A DNA stretch of 64,000 bases from Trichinella spiralis (lineage: Eukaryota), in the NCBI RefSeq assembly GCF_000181795.1, contig NW_003526940.1, positions 761,570 to 825,569 on the forward strand, in the 5' to 3' direction. A model generated the notes under the pieces. The model ran no database searches and was not told where the DNA came from. It saw nothing but the letters and a program-made list of their open reading frames with translations. This document shows positions 24,401 through 39,847 of the stretch, one piece after another; the first letter of the stretch is position 1; each line of letters opens with the position of its first letter. Made by a program: the position numbers and the translations under genes.

Positions 24401-25018
24401 TGGACCGTCAAATCTTTGTCATATTGGTTTTCCTTTTGTTGGGCCGTCAATTCTTTGTCTTATTGGTTTTCCTTGTCTAATTGCTCATTGATTCAAATCT
24501 TTCCCTTGTGATTAGCTGTAATATTTTTTCATTTCATTGGTTCAAGTATTCCATTTAGGAATACATCACTTTAATAGTAGTGACGTAACATAAAAAATTG
24601 AAATATTATTCCAAAATTTTATTGTTTGTTAGAAGTTTTGTTATTCATTGAAATTTTATTTATTTAAATATATTTTTTTTGGTGAAGTTTATACCTTTTC
24701 ATGATCAGCATTCCCGAAAATAATTTTTATCATTGTTCTCTATTTTATTGTACCAAAGTGACGTTACATCAAATGCGATAGTAATAGTTCATAAAAAACA
24801 ATACACAAAATAACTTAAATAGTGATTTTTATTTTTCACTAGCCAACCGCACTAACAACAACCGTAAAAAACAACATTGAACGGCATTAACAAAGTCGAA
24901 ACAACAAAAAAGGAACAAACTAAATAATACAATACCATGAAATAAAAAAACTAATATAAATAAGCGGTGGCCAGGAGCATTCTTATCTTCTTCCTTGTTT
25001 CTTTTTCNNNNNNNNNNG

Positions 25019-25857
<839 letters not shown>

Positions 25858-28471
25858 NNNNNNNNNNCCAAAAGGTAAGCATTGAAACAATGAAAAGTTT
25901 CAAGTTTTATTGGAATAATAATACACATTTCATATTGTGATCAATTTAATAAGTAAAACTGATAAAAAACTAGTTTCACTACAAGAACAGAAACAAGTGA
26001 ACAAATTCGGAAAATTAAAATCACCTAGAAGTGTCATCCTTCAAATTTCGTACACGTCAACAGCGCACTCATTTCACAAAAATAACTCTTTTACATGTTA
26101 GATAATTTTTACAGAATAATTAAACTTATTATTTTTTCATTCAAATAACAGAATAAAAATTAAAAACAACTAATTGAACACAATCACCAACATACTGTAT
26201 CTACAAAAATTTGTCACTAATGTAAACTTATTCGATTTCGCCAATGTTTGACATTTTTAGCTGGAATATTTGAATCTTATTTTCGAAAAGCATTAATTTT
26301 TGTCCACTGTCAAATATCGAAGCTTTTCAACAGTCATCAGCATCTGACTGATTTACGAAACGGTTAAAATGCAGCTCTTGCATTTTTTATATCATTTCAT
26401 TACGTTATTTGTGTTAAACATACTTCTGAGTAAAATCTGCTAATAAAGTTGATAATATTTTGAATGGCATGAATGATCTGTGAAATATTAAATTACAATG
26501 TCGAAAAATCAATGTTGTGCATTTATTACATAGAATTTAATTTTTTTTCAGTGTATAATTTTACTCAATTACATTTAAAGTTCAAAAAATTTTTCATAAT
26601 TTAATAATTCATTTAACAAATATTTTAAAAATGTAAAAATTGTGTGCGTTTTGAATGACTGGTTTTTTCATGAATGTTTTCTTGATAATAAACTCAATGT
26701 TTTTTATTTTAAATTACTGAAAATGAATATATTAAATTTTAATAACAATGAATGAGAGATATTTCATCAAATTTAAAGATTACGTAATCAATTGTACTTA
26801 AAAGTCGAATACTGTAAGTACCGTAAAATTGTGATGATCAGTGACCAACTGACGGAATAGTCAATTTCTTGCATCGCATATCATTAACTGTTGTCTACGT
26901 GTATGGTAAAAATACATTGACATGGAGAAAATTAGCGCGATAAATTTGCTGACCATAATGCGTTGTAATTTACGACGGAAATAAGATGCAGCTAACGAGA
27001 ATTCAAACTGCGAAAAATGAGAAGTCTACAATGGAACTAGATTTTTTTCAATTGGATGGAACAATTTATCATTTAATAAACAATTAATGAATACTGTAAC
27101 GAGCTGGTTCACAGCAGGGATTGAGTGAGTTCCACTTTTGAACGTTGACTTTTGCTGGTTAATTTTTCAATATGGGACGGACTATTGGCTTTTGAATGGC
27201 TTGACTGCACACTAAAATGCAGAAAAATACAGTCAATTAAATCTCAAAAACTGGATGTCACTAGTTTTGTTATTAGTAAAATTAGAAATTTTGAAAATGG
27301 TGGGGCATTAATGGGGAGGTTCACATAAGTGTGATAAATGAACGCCTGCATGCAGTTGGTGATTTATTAGCAAAGTAAATGTCAAGGCCCTGCAAATGAA
27401 ATAACTCAAATCAATAATTGTCTAACAAATAAACGTATGAATTCTAAATCAAACAGTGGAAACTGTACAAAACAGTTGTAAGACTGCTGTATTTTAGCCG
27501 TAAGAAAAATATGGTCATTAAATCTTAAGCGAGAATGAAAGATTCAATTTGGAATATCATCGAATTGAAAATGCCGCAAGATGGTACAGTGAAAACTGTT
27601 TGTGTTTTATGACTCATTATTCAATCGTATAGCTCTATTACTGTCTATTCATGCAGATAGGAAAACCTGCTATTATAGAATACAATACATGATTGAATAA
27701 ATCCATCAGTGTCCAGTAAAATGCCTTATTTAGAGAAGAAGTTAAATGACATGTAAAATATACATATATTGTGCTAGTTTGTAAAGTTGGAGGAATATCA
27801 TTTAGCACTGATAATCATAAAATCACCTAAAAATGAATGATGTATGTTGCGTAAAGTTTGCGGTTTAGATTCCGTGTAGCGCATATTGTTCCCAGTTGAT
27901 TGTGATATTACTCAAAAAACAAAGAAAGGTAAATAAACATTCAATAAAGACTTTACTATTATCTCTGAATCAATACTTTTGCATTCTTTAATGCCCAGTT
28001 GATTTTTCAGATAATGCTTATTGCAGATAAAAGACTAAAAATTTGTAAATGCAATGAAAACTCGAACAGTTACTCCCATTTGAGAATGTGTGCAAACAGT
28101 TGATTAGTGGATGTTCAGAAATTGAACGCTAATGCTTCTTAGACAAAGTATTATTTTGAAAAAGTTGCTAAAAGAAGCATTCAAAACAAAGCAACATTGC
28201 AAATTGACTTTTGTATTGCAACAAGCTGAGCAGCTTATTTGGAGCGATAGCTTATAGCTTTCCAGAAATTATCAAGTTCACCGTCAACTGGCTCTGTTTG
28301 TAATGCATGGTAAATTACAAAAGGGATGGGCAACGCACTACAAATCAATTCAAGCAACATTTTAAACTATGTTTTATGGATAAAAGCTTTTAATTATTAA
28401 ATTAATTAACAGTGTGGCTTTCATAACAATTGTAATGTATTAATTAAAAAATTAAAAATACGAAAACAATT

Positions 28472-29014
28472 TTAAAAATTGTAATGGATGTTCAAAACTT
28501 TTTTACCAATTAACTCTCCATGCAGAAAATGTTTGACATCAAACGGGGAAAAACTGTAACCCTTGGGCAGAAACTCTGCTTCGGCAGCCAAAAAATACAA
28601 TTTATCCGTTTCTTTTAGTTTTCCTTTGAATGGATTCATCTCCACATCCACAATTATAGATTCATTCGGTTGCAAGCAGCCATTTTGAGGACTGATAAAT
28701 ATGACGCTGCTCACATTTTTGCTCAACATCCAAGCAAATGGAGCATCTGATGTATTTACAATGCGTATGTGGGTTTTTTGAGTGAACGCAAAAGGGGCAT
28801 TGAAGCTGATTCGACTGCATGGTTGCAAGAGAAATTTTTTGCAACGCGCCGGCTGCTCACCAACATCTTCCTCATCAACTAAAACAAACGCCGAACTTTT
28901 TTTCTCTTCTGCTTCGTTAACATTTTCACTATCCTCTAAATAAGTAATAAGCAGCTGTTAAATTTTCACTGAACAAAAAAATTCTTTTTAAAAATATTTA
29001 CTCATTTTCGGCAT
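28472..29014 (-). CDS. MSP-domain protein, copy 2
   Basis: Same exon structure as 5382-5924; one V>I difference visible in the ORF track. Confidence 0.82.
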
Positions 29015-29176
29015 TTCAAACACTAGATGGATAAATATAAATTGCAATTGAACGAATTCAAAAATATTTAAAGCGTCTACATTAAAATTTTAAACAAGAA
29101 ACAGTTTACTTTAAAGTATCATTTGTTATAAAATTTCAGTTTTAAAATTATTTTGATTTAAAATTCATTTTGATTA

Positions 29177-29909
29177 CAGTGAAACCAGTGTGAGGTGAAC
29201 ACCCTCCATGCAGAGAAATTTGTTAAACATGGACAGGTTTGCAACTTAAAGAGGTTTTAAAGATTTAGCTCCAAAAAAAGACAGTTTTACTTTTCATAAT
29301 AGCCAGTTCGTCAAAAATTAACGAATAAGCAACTTTTTTATTTGTCGTCATCTATAAAATAATCCAAAATATTAGATTAATGGCTGCGTTTCATGCGCTT
29401 TTATGCTTCCATTTCTTCCAGCATGGATTCAATTTTTAGAAGTTTTGGCGATAGATTAGGGTGCTTTTGAAATGAATATCGTTGTTATTTTCGTAACATT
29501 GTTATTGTTTCTGAATAAGTCAGTTTCTCATTAAAGGGATCCTCAATTTATTCAGAAAACACATCTTTGATGGCATTCGATTTTGAAAGCAACATTTCGA
29601 CAATTTCATCAGCAGTTTTTTCTGTGCATTCATGTACATTAAGTTCATCGTCAATGGCACTGTAGTCTTGTGCATTTATTATATTGTCAGTAACGTGACG
29701 ACGTTCTGAAACGTCCGTTTGTAGCGTATCCAATTCATTTTAATTCATTTACGCAAACGATGTTGTCATCCTGTTAAGTAATTGAATCTTCAGCGCTGCT
29801 TATGCCTGCAAGTTGAAAACATTTTATAATTACTTCCACATCAACATGATTCCACGACTGGCTGATCCAGTGAACCTGTTGAGACTGAATTACATGCTTT
29901 TCCAGGCAT
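29177..29909 (-). mobile_element. pogo/Tigger element, copy 2, cut by a gap
   Basis: Same TA+CAGTGAAACC end and body as the element at 6087. Confidence 0.82.
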
Positions 29910-31059
29910 NNNNNNNNNNNNNNNNNNNNNNNNNNNNNNNNNNNNNNNNNNNNNNNNNNNNNNNNNNNNNNNNNNNNNNNNNNNNNNNNNNNNNNNNNNN
30001 NNNNNNNNNNNNNNNNNNNNNNNNNNNNNNNNNNNNNNNNNNNNNNNNNNNNNNNNNNNNNNNNNNNNNNNNNNNNNNNNNNNNNNNNNNNNNNNNNNNN
30101 NNNNNNNNNNNNNNNNNNNNNNNNNNNNNNNNNNNNNNNNNNNNNNNNNNNNNNNNNNNNNNNNNNNNNNNNNNNNNNNNNNNNNNNNNNNNNNNNNNNN
30201 NNNNNNNNNNNNNNNNNNNNNNNNNNNNNNNNNNNNNNNNNNNNNNNNNNNNNNNNNNNNNNNNNNNNNNNNNNNNNNNNNNNNNNNNNNNNNNNNNNNN
30301 NNNNNNNNNNNNNNNNNNNNNNNNNNNNNNNNNNNNNNNNNNNNNNNNNNNNNNNNNNNNNNNNNNNNNNNNNNNNNNNNNNNNNNNNNNNNNNNNNNNN
30401 NNNNNNNNNNNNNNNNNNNNNNNNNNNNNNNNNNNNNNNNNNNNNNNNNNNNNNNNNNNNNNNNNNNNNNNNNNNNNNNNNNNNNNNNNNNNNNNNNNNN
30501 NNNNNNNNNNNNNNNNNNNNNNNNNNNNNNNNNNNNNNNNNNNNNNNNNNNNNNNNNNNNNNNNNNNNNNNNNNNNNNNNNNNNNNNNNNNNNNNNNNNN
30601 NNNNNNNNNNNNNNNNNNNNNNNNNNNNNNNNNNNNNNNNNNNNNNNNNNNNNNNNNNNNNNNNNNNNNNNNNNNNNNNNNNNNNNNNNNNNNNNNNNNN
30701 NNNNNNNNNNNNNNNNNNNNNNNNNNNNNNNNNNNNNNNNNNNNNNNNNNNNNNNNNNNNNNNNNNNNNNNNNNNNNNNNNNNNNNNNNNNNNNNNNNNN
30801 NNNNNNNNNNNNNNNNNNNNNNNNNNNNNNNNNNNNNNNNNNNNNNNNNNNNNNNNNNNNNNNNNNNNNNNNNNNNNNNNNNNNNNAGTTTGAGGGCCTT
30901 TTGGACCCCCATTGGAAAATTGTGGAAAGGCCAAAAAATTCAGGATAAAGGGGGGAAAATTTCCCCCGGGGATCAACCAACGTTTGGTTTTTTGTTTGGT
31001 AAGCCAAGTTATTTTTTTTTTTTTGATCCAAGAAATTCCAAGGGCCATGTCTTTTTTAG

Positions 31060-32043
<984 letters not shown>

Positions 32044-32450
32044 ATGTAGTTGAACGTACTATTTGAAATGCATTGATGTTTTTATTTCTATTTCATTTTT
32101 CGTTTTATCATCATTTTTGTTCTGATTGCATTCTTTATCAAATTCATTATAATAATCTATTGCTGTATGCTATTACGTTGTAGTGTGCATTCAATAAATA
32201 TGGTTTATTAAAAAAGTTGTTTAAAATGTGTTATGATGGTTGAAATTGAAATAATTTTCCGTTGCCATATTGTATGTAATAAAAATATTTGGAAAAGAAT
32301 TTCATGGCTAAAATGAAATGTTTTTTTTTAATTTATTTCTCTTTCTGTTATATACGTATATAGTATTGTCACATTTGTAATGTGTAAGCAAATGAGGAAG
32401 ATGCTGTTATTATAAATGTAAAATTCAGTTATCTCATCGGTGCTGGAAAA

Positions 32451-33194
32451 TTATGATGTGGACGGTATTTGATTATTTGTTGCCATACGATGATTCATGG
32501 AAGTTGATTGTTTTTCAGTTTGCTGATTGGATACTTCTCTGATTGGTAGCGTTTTTGGGAAAGCGTAAACAGGTCGTGGATATGGATTGCCGTAGTGTAC
32601 AGCTAAAAACGATAAACTAGTTACAAAAGCAGACAAAAGTATGATTAGCATAAAGAAAAGTTGATTTTATTTCAAAAAAGAAACTGTAACTGTGTGATTA
32701 AGAAGATGTGCTTAATTATTTGGCCGAATGATGAATTAATTATTTTACCAATTGCGATTCGAGTTCTGCCTTCACGGATGAGTTCTTCAATTTCGATAGG
32801 ATTTGTCAACTGAAATTATTGAAATGTATTAAAAATCTTCTCCATTTCAATTAGCATTTGCTTTGTTTGTTTTGTATTTATTTTTCGACAATATCACATT
32901 AATAAAAACTGTTATCCCATTCAAAGAAACATACTGTATTGGAATTGGAAATAAATCAAATGCACACAGAAAAGTGCTGAGACATTTTAAATTGTTTGAA
33001 AAAGGCAGAAAAATGCCGCTTTGTTGGCTTACAGTTTTGTTCTGCTTGAACAGACGTCTTGCTTCTTCGACAATGTAACGTTTCGCTTCTTTGTCGGATA
33101 TGTTGTTCCCACGATTGCCGCTGTTTGTCCATTGTTTTCCAACTTTCAAAATGTATCTGTACAAGTCGAGCACTTGCTTCTTCGTATTCGACAT
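32451..33194 (-). CDS. LYRM1: LYR-motif protein 1, 3 exons (33194-33033, 32809-32749, 32602-32451), 124 aa
   Basis: VLDLYRYILKVGKQW..EAKRYIVEEARRLFKQNKT/LTNPIEIEELIREGRTRIAI/AVHYGNPYPRP matches the LYRM1 pattern. Confidence 0.9.
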
Positions 33195-33271
33195 CCAACG
33201 TATTTCTGATTTTCTGATTTCTGATCACTAATGCTGAATAAAATTATTGTTTGAATCAAGCAATTTTATTC

Positions 33272-33297
33272 AAAGTAATCATCGGGTGTAAATGATC
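33272..33297 (-). promoter_or_regulatory. Candidate Ur element (hairpin + UAYYUU) for SL2-type trans-splicing of LYRM1
   Basis: Minus strand reads GATCAT-TTACACCCG-ATGAT then TACTTT, about 40 nt upstream of the acceptor TTATTCAG (AG at 33235-33234). Confidence 0.6.
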
Positions 33298-33457
33298 AAC
33301 TTCTACTGAAACGATTGATGAACAAGTGAAAATAATTCGTCCATATATTATTTATTTATTCATTTATTCCAATATTAGAAATTTAATTTTTCGCAAATAA
33401 TGCGAACCGAAAAAAAGCAGATAATTTTCATATTTCTACGTTGTGTGTGAATTACTA

Positions 33458-33982
33458 TTACAATTCTTTTCCACCGTGATCACCGGACGAACCTGCTTGG
33501 CCAGAATAAGCAGCTGCTGCACCAGGTCCGAACAAAATCTGAAGATTAAATAGAAAAATGCAAAAATGATGCATAAAATAATAATAATAATTTGAGATAA
33601 TATACAGATTGATCATCAGTTAATTACTTGATTTTGCTGTTGCAAGTGCATCTGCTGGAAGTCAGCTCGATCTTTCTCAAACATCACTGGCAAAATCAGA
33701 ATCATAGCCGACGAGGCGGCAATCCACATCGCCGATCTGGTGAACACGAACAATTTTCGGCCCAGTTCGGATGCAGTGGAACAAATGGTGAAGATGGCTT
33801 TTTGCATTCCCTCCGGCAACATCTCGGTCAGACCAATCAACCTCTCGGCTACTGTCTCTTCGATATCCTTGAGATAATAATAATAAATAAAAATAGTAAA
33901 TTAATAAATTAACAAATAAATAAAAATATCCTCTTGCCTGATCTGTATCGTCAATTTCGATCGTTTTCAAATTTTTGCTCAT
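33458..33982 (-). CDS. TOMM22: Mitochondrial import receptor TOM22, 3 exons (33982-33938, 33867-33628, 33538-33458), about 121 aa
   Basis: DIEETVAERLIGLTEMLPE..RSAMWIAASSAMILILPVMFEKDR..QQQNQ/ILFGPG is the Tom22 signature. The exon 1 boundary is inferred from a GC donor. Confidence 0.92.
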
Positions 33983-34201
33983 TTTCTGCAAAGATTTCAA
34001 CTGGATTAAAAATTTCACAACTCATTACAAAAGAAAATAATCACATCGAAGAAAAATATTGCACGTAATTGTAATACTGCTTTTTCCAAATTCAACAACA
34101 ACAAACTGAATAATTATGCTTTTATTCAATACTGACTGAAAAAAATTTTGTGCAAAATTATCAATCCACTGCCAACAAACAACAGAATTGGATAATGATT
34201 G

Positions 34202-36510
34202 TCAAGCCGGTTTGACGTGATGGATGTCAGATTGTTGCAAGCCGAAATTTTCCACTTTGAAATAGGAGAACGTCGCCAAAAAGCACATCACCACTAAAAT
34301 CACCAACTGCCATTGTAACAACAAATAGCTTGTGTAAAAGAAGCTAACCGCCGAAGATAACGACTGAAAAGCAGAACATTAATAATAATAATAATAAAAT
34401 ATTATCATCTGGTATATTTATTTGCACGTGACAAAAATCTGTAAAATAATAACAACTTACGTTAAAAAATTTAAAAAGAGCAAATGCACGCGTGCTTTCC
34501 GTTGTGTATTTACTTCCCAAAGTTGCGTAGATCTGAAGAAAACAATCAAGCAAAGCTTAAACTTATTACGAATAATAAAAAATAAAGAAATTACTACATT
34601 CATTGAAAACTGTACAAAAGCCTTCTTTTACGTATGTTCAAAAACAAAAAAAAATTAATTAGTCAAACGTTAAAGTATCAAAATTGTACACAAAAAATAT
34701 GTAAATTTAAAGCATTATTAACTAATGTTGTTTATCAGTGATGATTATTTTTCAGTGTAAAGCAAACAAAATTGAATAGTATTACTAAAAAGTTGCATCA
34801 TGCGTATGTGTCAAGTATACCTGCGTGTTCCAGCAACTGTCACCAAAGCCAAGCAAAAAACTGCACAAAATGGCCACATATTCACTAAGTAAAAAAGCAA
34901 TAAATTCAATAAAAGCTGTCATAAATAATAAAGTATTGTGGAAAATTTACTTGGGCAAAAAGTAGGCAATATCATCGGTCGGTTGAAATGGAGACATAGA
35001 TGGAATATAGAGGAAGATGAGAAAAAATGACAATACATTGACAACGGCGCCCAAAATAATCACCACAGGACGTCCCATCGATTCTATGGTCGAAGTGATC
35101 AAACCGAATACCAAGCCACCTTAAAAATATTAAATTACAACAATAACAATACTTCAAAAGCTGAAATAGATATTCAAAATATATAACACTAAATCAATAT
35201 TTCATATCCATCCATTCATTCATATACTACCTAAACTTTCTCCAAGACCAACGAAAATAACATTTAAAGCCAGAAGAACTTTCGTCGATACAGTGAACTG
35301 ACGGGTAAATGTCAGACAAGTTCCATAAACACCGGACCAAAAGGTAAGCAAAATACCAGAATAAAGGAATACTACCACCAAACAGATCATGTTGCCACTT
35401 TGCAACAATTTGAAAGTTCGAACTGAAAATGATAAGCATGTTTATTCTTCCTCAGCACAAACGAACAAACAAACAAATACCAATCTCTTCAATGACAGTA
35501 AGCCGTTTTTTAACCATTGTCACAGCTACACTGTCAACACTGGGCGACTCTCGATCCGATTCATATTCCAACAGACTCTCCAGCTGTTCTTCTGGTCGCA
35601 TCTGCTTCAAAAGTGCGAACAGAGCCGTACCGACAACAGCCATGCAAGTGAACACAATGAATATCAGCCGTACGGTATCGCTGGACAATTCGTTGGAACC
35701 ATCACGAAATTGGGAATACAAAAACAGACCGCCCGTGGGCAAACTGTAACTTTTGAAACGGTGAACGATCACTGTGAAACGATAAACATTCAATTTTGTC
35801 ACCTCAGCTGAAAAATCGCCCAAACAATGGCCGCATTTTTCCCAACAGTTGCTTTATCCGACGCTAGAGTCAAGTAATTTCCTTGACCAACCCAGGCCAC
35901 TTGGAAAAACAGAAAATATTCATTTCAAGGCAATTCAATTCAAAAACTTACAAGATGCACCGAAACCGAGAAATGCCGACGCTGCGTACAGCAGTTCCGT
36001 TCTCAAATATAAAAACGAAGCCAAAAATGTACTGAAAAAGAAAAATTCATCAAATCAATAAATACATCTTTTCAAAATTGTATATTTTTTTACAGTTTAC
36101 CTGTACGTAACACCACCAATCACCATTGACCATTTTGCGGATAACTTTTGCACAACAGGCGTTATGAACAAATTGCACAACGTCAATACTGCATATATTA
36201 TCGTCAAGCTTGAAAAGATATCCAGCACATAGCACTCGATGGATAGTATATGAGGAAACATTTTTGATGATATTAAAAACATACCTGTAATAGCCGGCAT
36301 GTTTGTCAATAGCGTGAGATGTGGAATTTTGGGCTTCAGCAGAATGAAGTATGGCTACCTGAAGTGAAAATTTGAACTGAATTGAATTGAACTGTTCCTT
36401 GATCAAAACTGTTCAAAAACCTCGATAACACTGCAACTCTGAAAAGCGGTCAAAATGAAATAAAATCCAAATCCGAGTTGAAAAATCGGCAGAAGAGGAT
36501 GCTGAAACAT
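34202..36510 (-). CDS. MFSD11: UNC-93-like MFS transporter (MFSD11 family), complete copy
   Basis: ATG at 36510. 5' exons as in copy 1; final exons IYATLGSKYTTESTRAFALFKFFN / SLSSAVSFFYTSYLLLQWQLVILVVMCFLATFSYFKVE..KPA*; stop at 34204-34202. Confidence 0.9.
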
Positions 36511-36737
36511 GGCGACTATTCTGAATCGTGTGAAAAAAATCCACCTAGCCACATGGATCCTAAAAATCATTTAAACAAAAAAAAAATAAATCATTTAACA
36601 AACAAAAATGATAAAAGGACAAATTATCATCGGAAAGACACTTTTACAAAGTTAAGCCTTGGAAAAATTACCAACATTATATTTAGTATTCATTTCTAGA
36701 AAAGAGGTGTCTTTTTCTGCTAGAGTANNNNNNNNNN

Positions 36738-37230
<493 letters not shown>

Positions 37231-38118
37231 CTTTATATGCTTCACCTTCTGGGAACCTCGCAAAGTTGTCTATATGACTCCTTAGTTCATGAAACTGATC
37301 AGCTCTGTCAAGTCTGTTGCTCTCTGATACACTAGAGGTCGGATATGGCGCAGATTTACCTGAATCTCCGAAAAGGAGTACCAACATCATCAGAATACCG
37401 TCTGATTGTTCTCTGAGCATTGANNNNNNNNNNNNNNNNNNNNNNNNNNNNNNNNNNNNNNNNNNNNNNNNNNNNNNNNNNNNNNNNNNNNNNNNNNNNN
37501 NNNNNNNNNNNNNNNNNNNNNNNNNNNNNNNNNNNNNNNNNNNNNNNNNNNNNNNNNNNNNNNNNNNNNNNNNNNNNNNNNNNNNNNNNNNNNNNNNNNN
37601 NNNNNNNNNNNNNNNNNNNNNNNNNNNNNNNNNNNNNNNNNNNNNNNNNNNNNNNNNNNNNNNNNNNNNNNNNNNNNNNNNNNNNNNNNNNNNNNNNNNN
37701 NNNNNNNNNNNNNNNNNNNNNNNNNNNNNNNNNNNNNNNNNNNNNNNNNNNNNNNNNNNNNNNNNNNNNNNNNNNNNNNNNNNNNNNNNNNNNNNNNNNN
37801 NNNNNNNNNNNNNNNNNNNNNNNNNNNNNNNNNNNNNNNNNNNNNNNNNNNNNNNNNNNNNNNNNNNNNNNNNNNNNNNNNNNNNNNNNNNNNNNNNNNN
37901 NNNNNNNNNNNNNNNNNNNNNNNNNNNNNNNNNNNNNNNNNNNNNNNNNNNNNNNNNNNNNNNNNNNNNNNNNNNNNNNNNNNNNNNNNNNNNNNNNNNN
38001 NNNNNNNNNNNNNNNNNNNNNNNNNNNNNNNNNNNNNNNNNNNNNNNNNNNNNNNNNNNNNNNNNNNNNNNNNNNNNNNNNNNNNNNNNNNNNNNNNNNN
38101 NNNNNNNNNNNNNNNNNN

Positions 38119-39847
38119 TGAGATACTGTAAATTAAACAGCCATTAAATTCAAATTCAAATTAAATCGGCACATTATTATATCAAGCATTTCATTTTCAA
38201 AAATAAATAATTTAACTGGTTTATTTCTTTAACCAACAAAGTGCATTAATTCAATGTTTATGAAAAATACGCATGAAAAGCACCATTGCAAAGAAAATAA
38301 AAATCATCATAACAACAGATACAGCAAACCACCAATCGCAATATTTGGAACTATGCTGTCGAAGTTCTTTACCTTTATCAGTAAGATTGGAAGAATTTTT
38401 ATCTGTCAGTGTGCATGCCTCCTTAATAGTCTAAAAATCATGAGTTATTAAATATTTGCAATAAAAAGAAATTAAATATTGAAATACGAAAAACAAAAAA
38501 AGGTAAACTGTACAAATTAAATTTAAAAACTGCTTTAAGCAAATGACAATTTAATTCTGTTAAACAGTGCTATAATGAGTTTCATTATTCTTCTATGATG
38601 AAAGAAAACTTCGTTTATAACTTCATTTTCAAATGAACAATAATAATAATAATGTAAAACATTCTACTCAAACATACAAGTCATAGCTGAATATAAATAA
38701 GCAAACAAACCATATTATCTTTGCGGACTATATCTCCATAGGAAATAACGTTTTCCTTTAAATTCTTTGATAACTTTGATAATTGCTGAATAATTTTATC
38801 CTGAAGTTCATCTTCCAACATGCGATCAAATCCCTCATTTTCACAATATTCATCTAACAGAAAAAAAGTAAATTATTGATAATTTATTCCTTGTACAAAG
38901 TGGAATAAATAATTTACCATCGAGCTTAACGTTTAGCAATTGAGAACGTATTTTTCTTGCTTGGTTTTCCACTGATAAAACTTTCAATTCTTTCAAAGTA
39001 ACGCGCTTATCTTCCAATGGGACAGTTCGTTTAATAGTTTTGGATGGAAAATCATCCCTGTCCGAAAGACCTTGAGTAATTAGCTTCTGCTTGTCAAGCT
39101 CATTTACTTCACCAATTTTCATTAACTGCAGCAGAAATTGAACGTCACGCTCATATGCCATTACAACAGATTTATCAACAACTCTGAAATATTATCTGTT
39201 TAGAAGCGTAAAAAATTACAAAAATCTTACTTTCCATATTCCAGGTAAAAATCAAAGAATAATTTTTCTGCAAATTTGACGTACTAAAATAAAATTACTC
39301 TTGTAATAATTCACTAATCAATGAACATCAAATTTTTTAAAGTATACAACTGACAAACATCATTACATATATATATTTAAAAGTAATCATTCATGATTAA
39401 ATATCTATATTAATACATACAGCCTTGAAATGACAAAAGTCCACATTTTTAATATCAGCTGCCATTTCCTTGCACCTCACCAAAAAGTTGCGCAGTCTCA
39501 ACTCCGGCCGAGACAAATGACTCATTTCAAATAAATTAAAATAAAAAGTAAATCAAAATCATGAAAAATGTGAGTATTTATTATCAAAAATCCGGATTGG
39601 TGACAGTTTGAATAATATGAAAATCAAGTAATTGTATATTAAGTCAAACATACATGGTATCAGAAAGAGCTGTCTGTTAATAAATACTTTTAAAATAAGA
39701 GATATAATAATTTATTTAAGAAATATAATCAAACTAAAGAAAAATAATATATAATGAACATCCAAGTTTTATGAAATAAACGAAGCAGCAATTTTTTGTT
39801 TTTGCTAGTTTTTAGTCAAAATTAAAAATATAATTTTATTGAAAAAT
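38119..39847. repeat. Block near-identical to 62264-64000
   Basis: About 99% identity; starts exactly at an N gap. Confidence 0.93.
38251..39525 (-). CDS. USE1: ER SNARE USE1, 5 exons (39525-39421, 39283-39231, 39183-38918, 38853-38711, 38430-38251), about 248 aa
   Basis: SRPELRLRNFLVRCKEMAA / YV..AYERDVQFLLQLM..IRSQLL / ELQDKIIQQLSKLSKNLKEN..IVRKDN / ..DKNSSNL..ELRQHSSKYCDWWFAVSVVMMIFIFFAMVLFMRIF follows USE1 domain by domain, ending in a C-terminal TM anchor. Confidence 0.87.

Larger units (their letters stand above)
25868..29909. repeat. Duplicate of 2780-6820
   Basis: About 99% identity, bounded by gaps. Confidence 0.93.
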
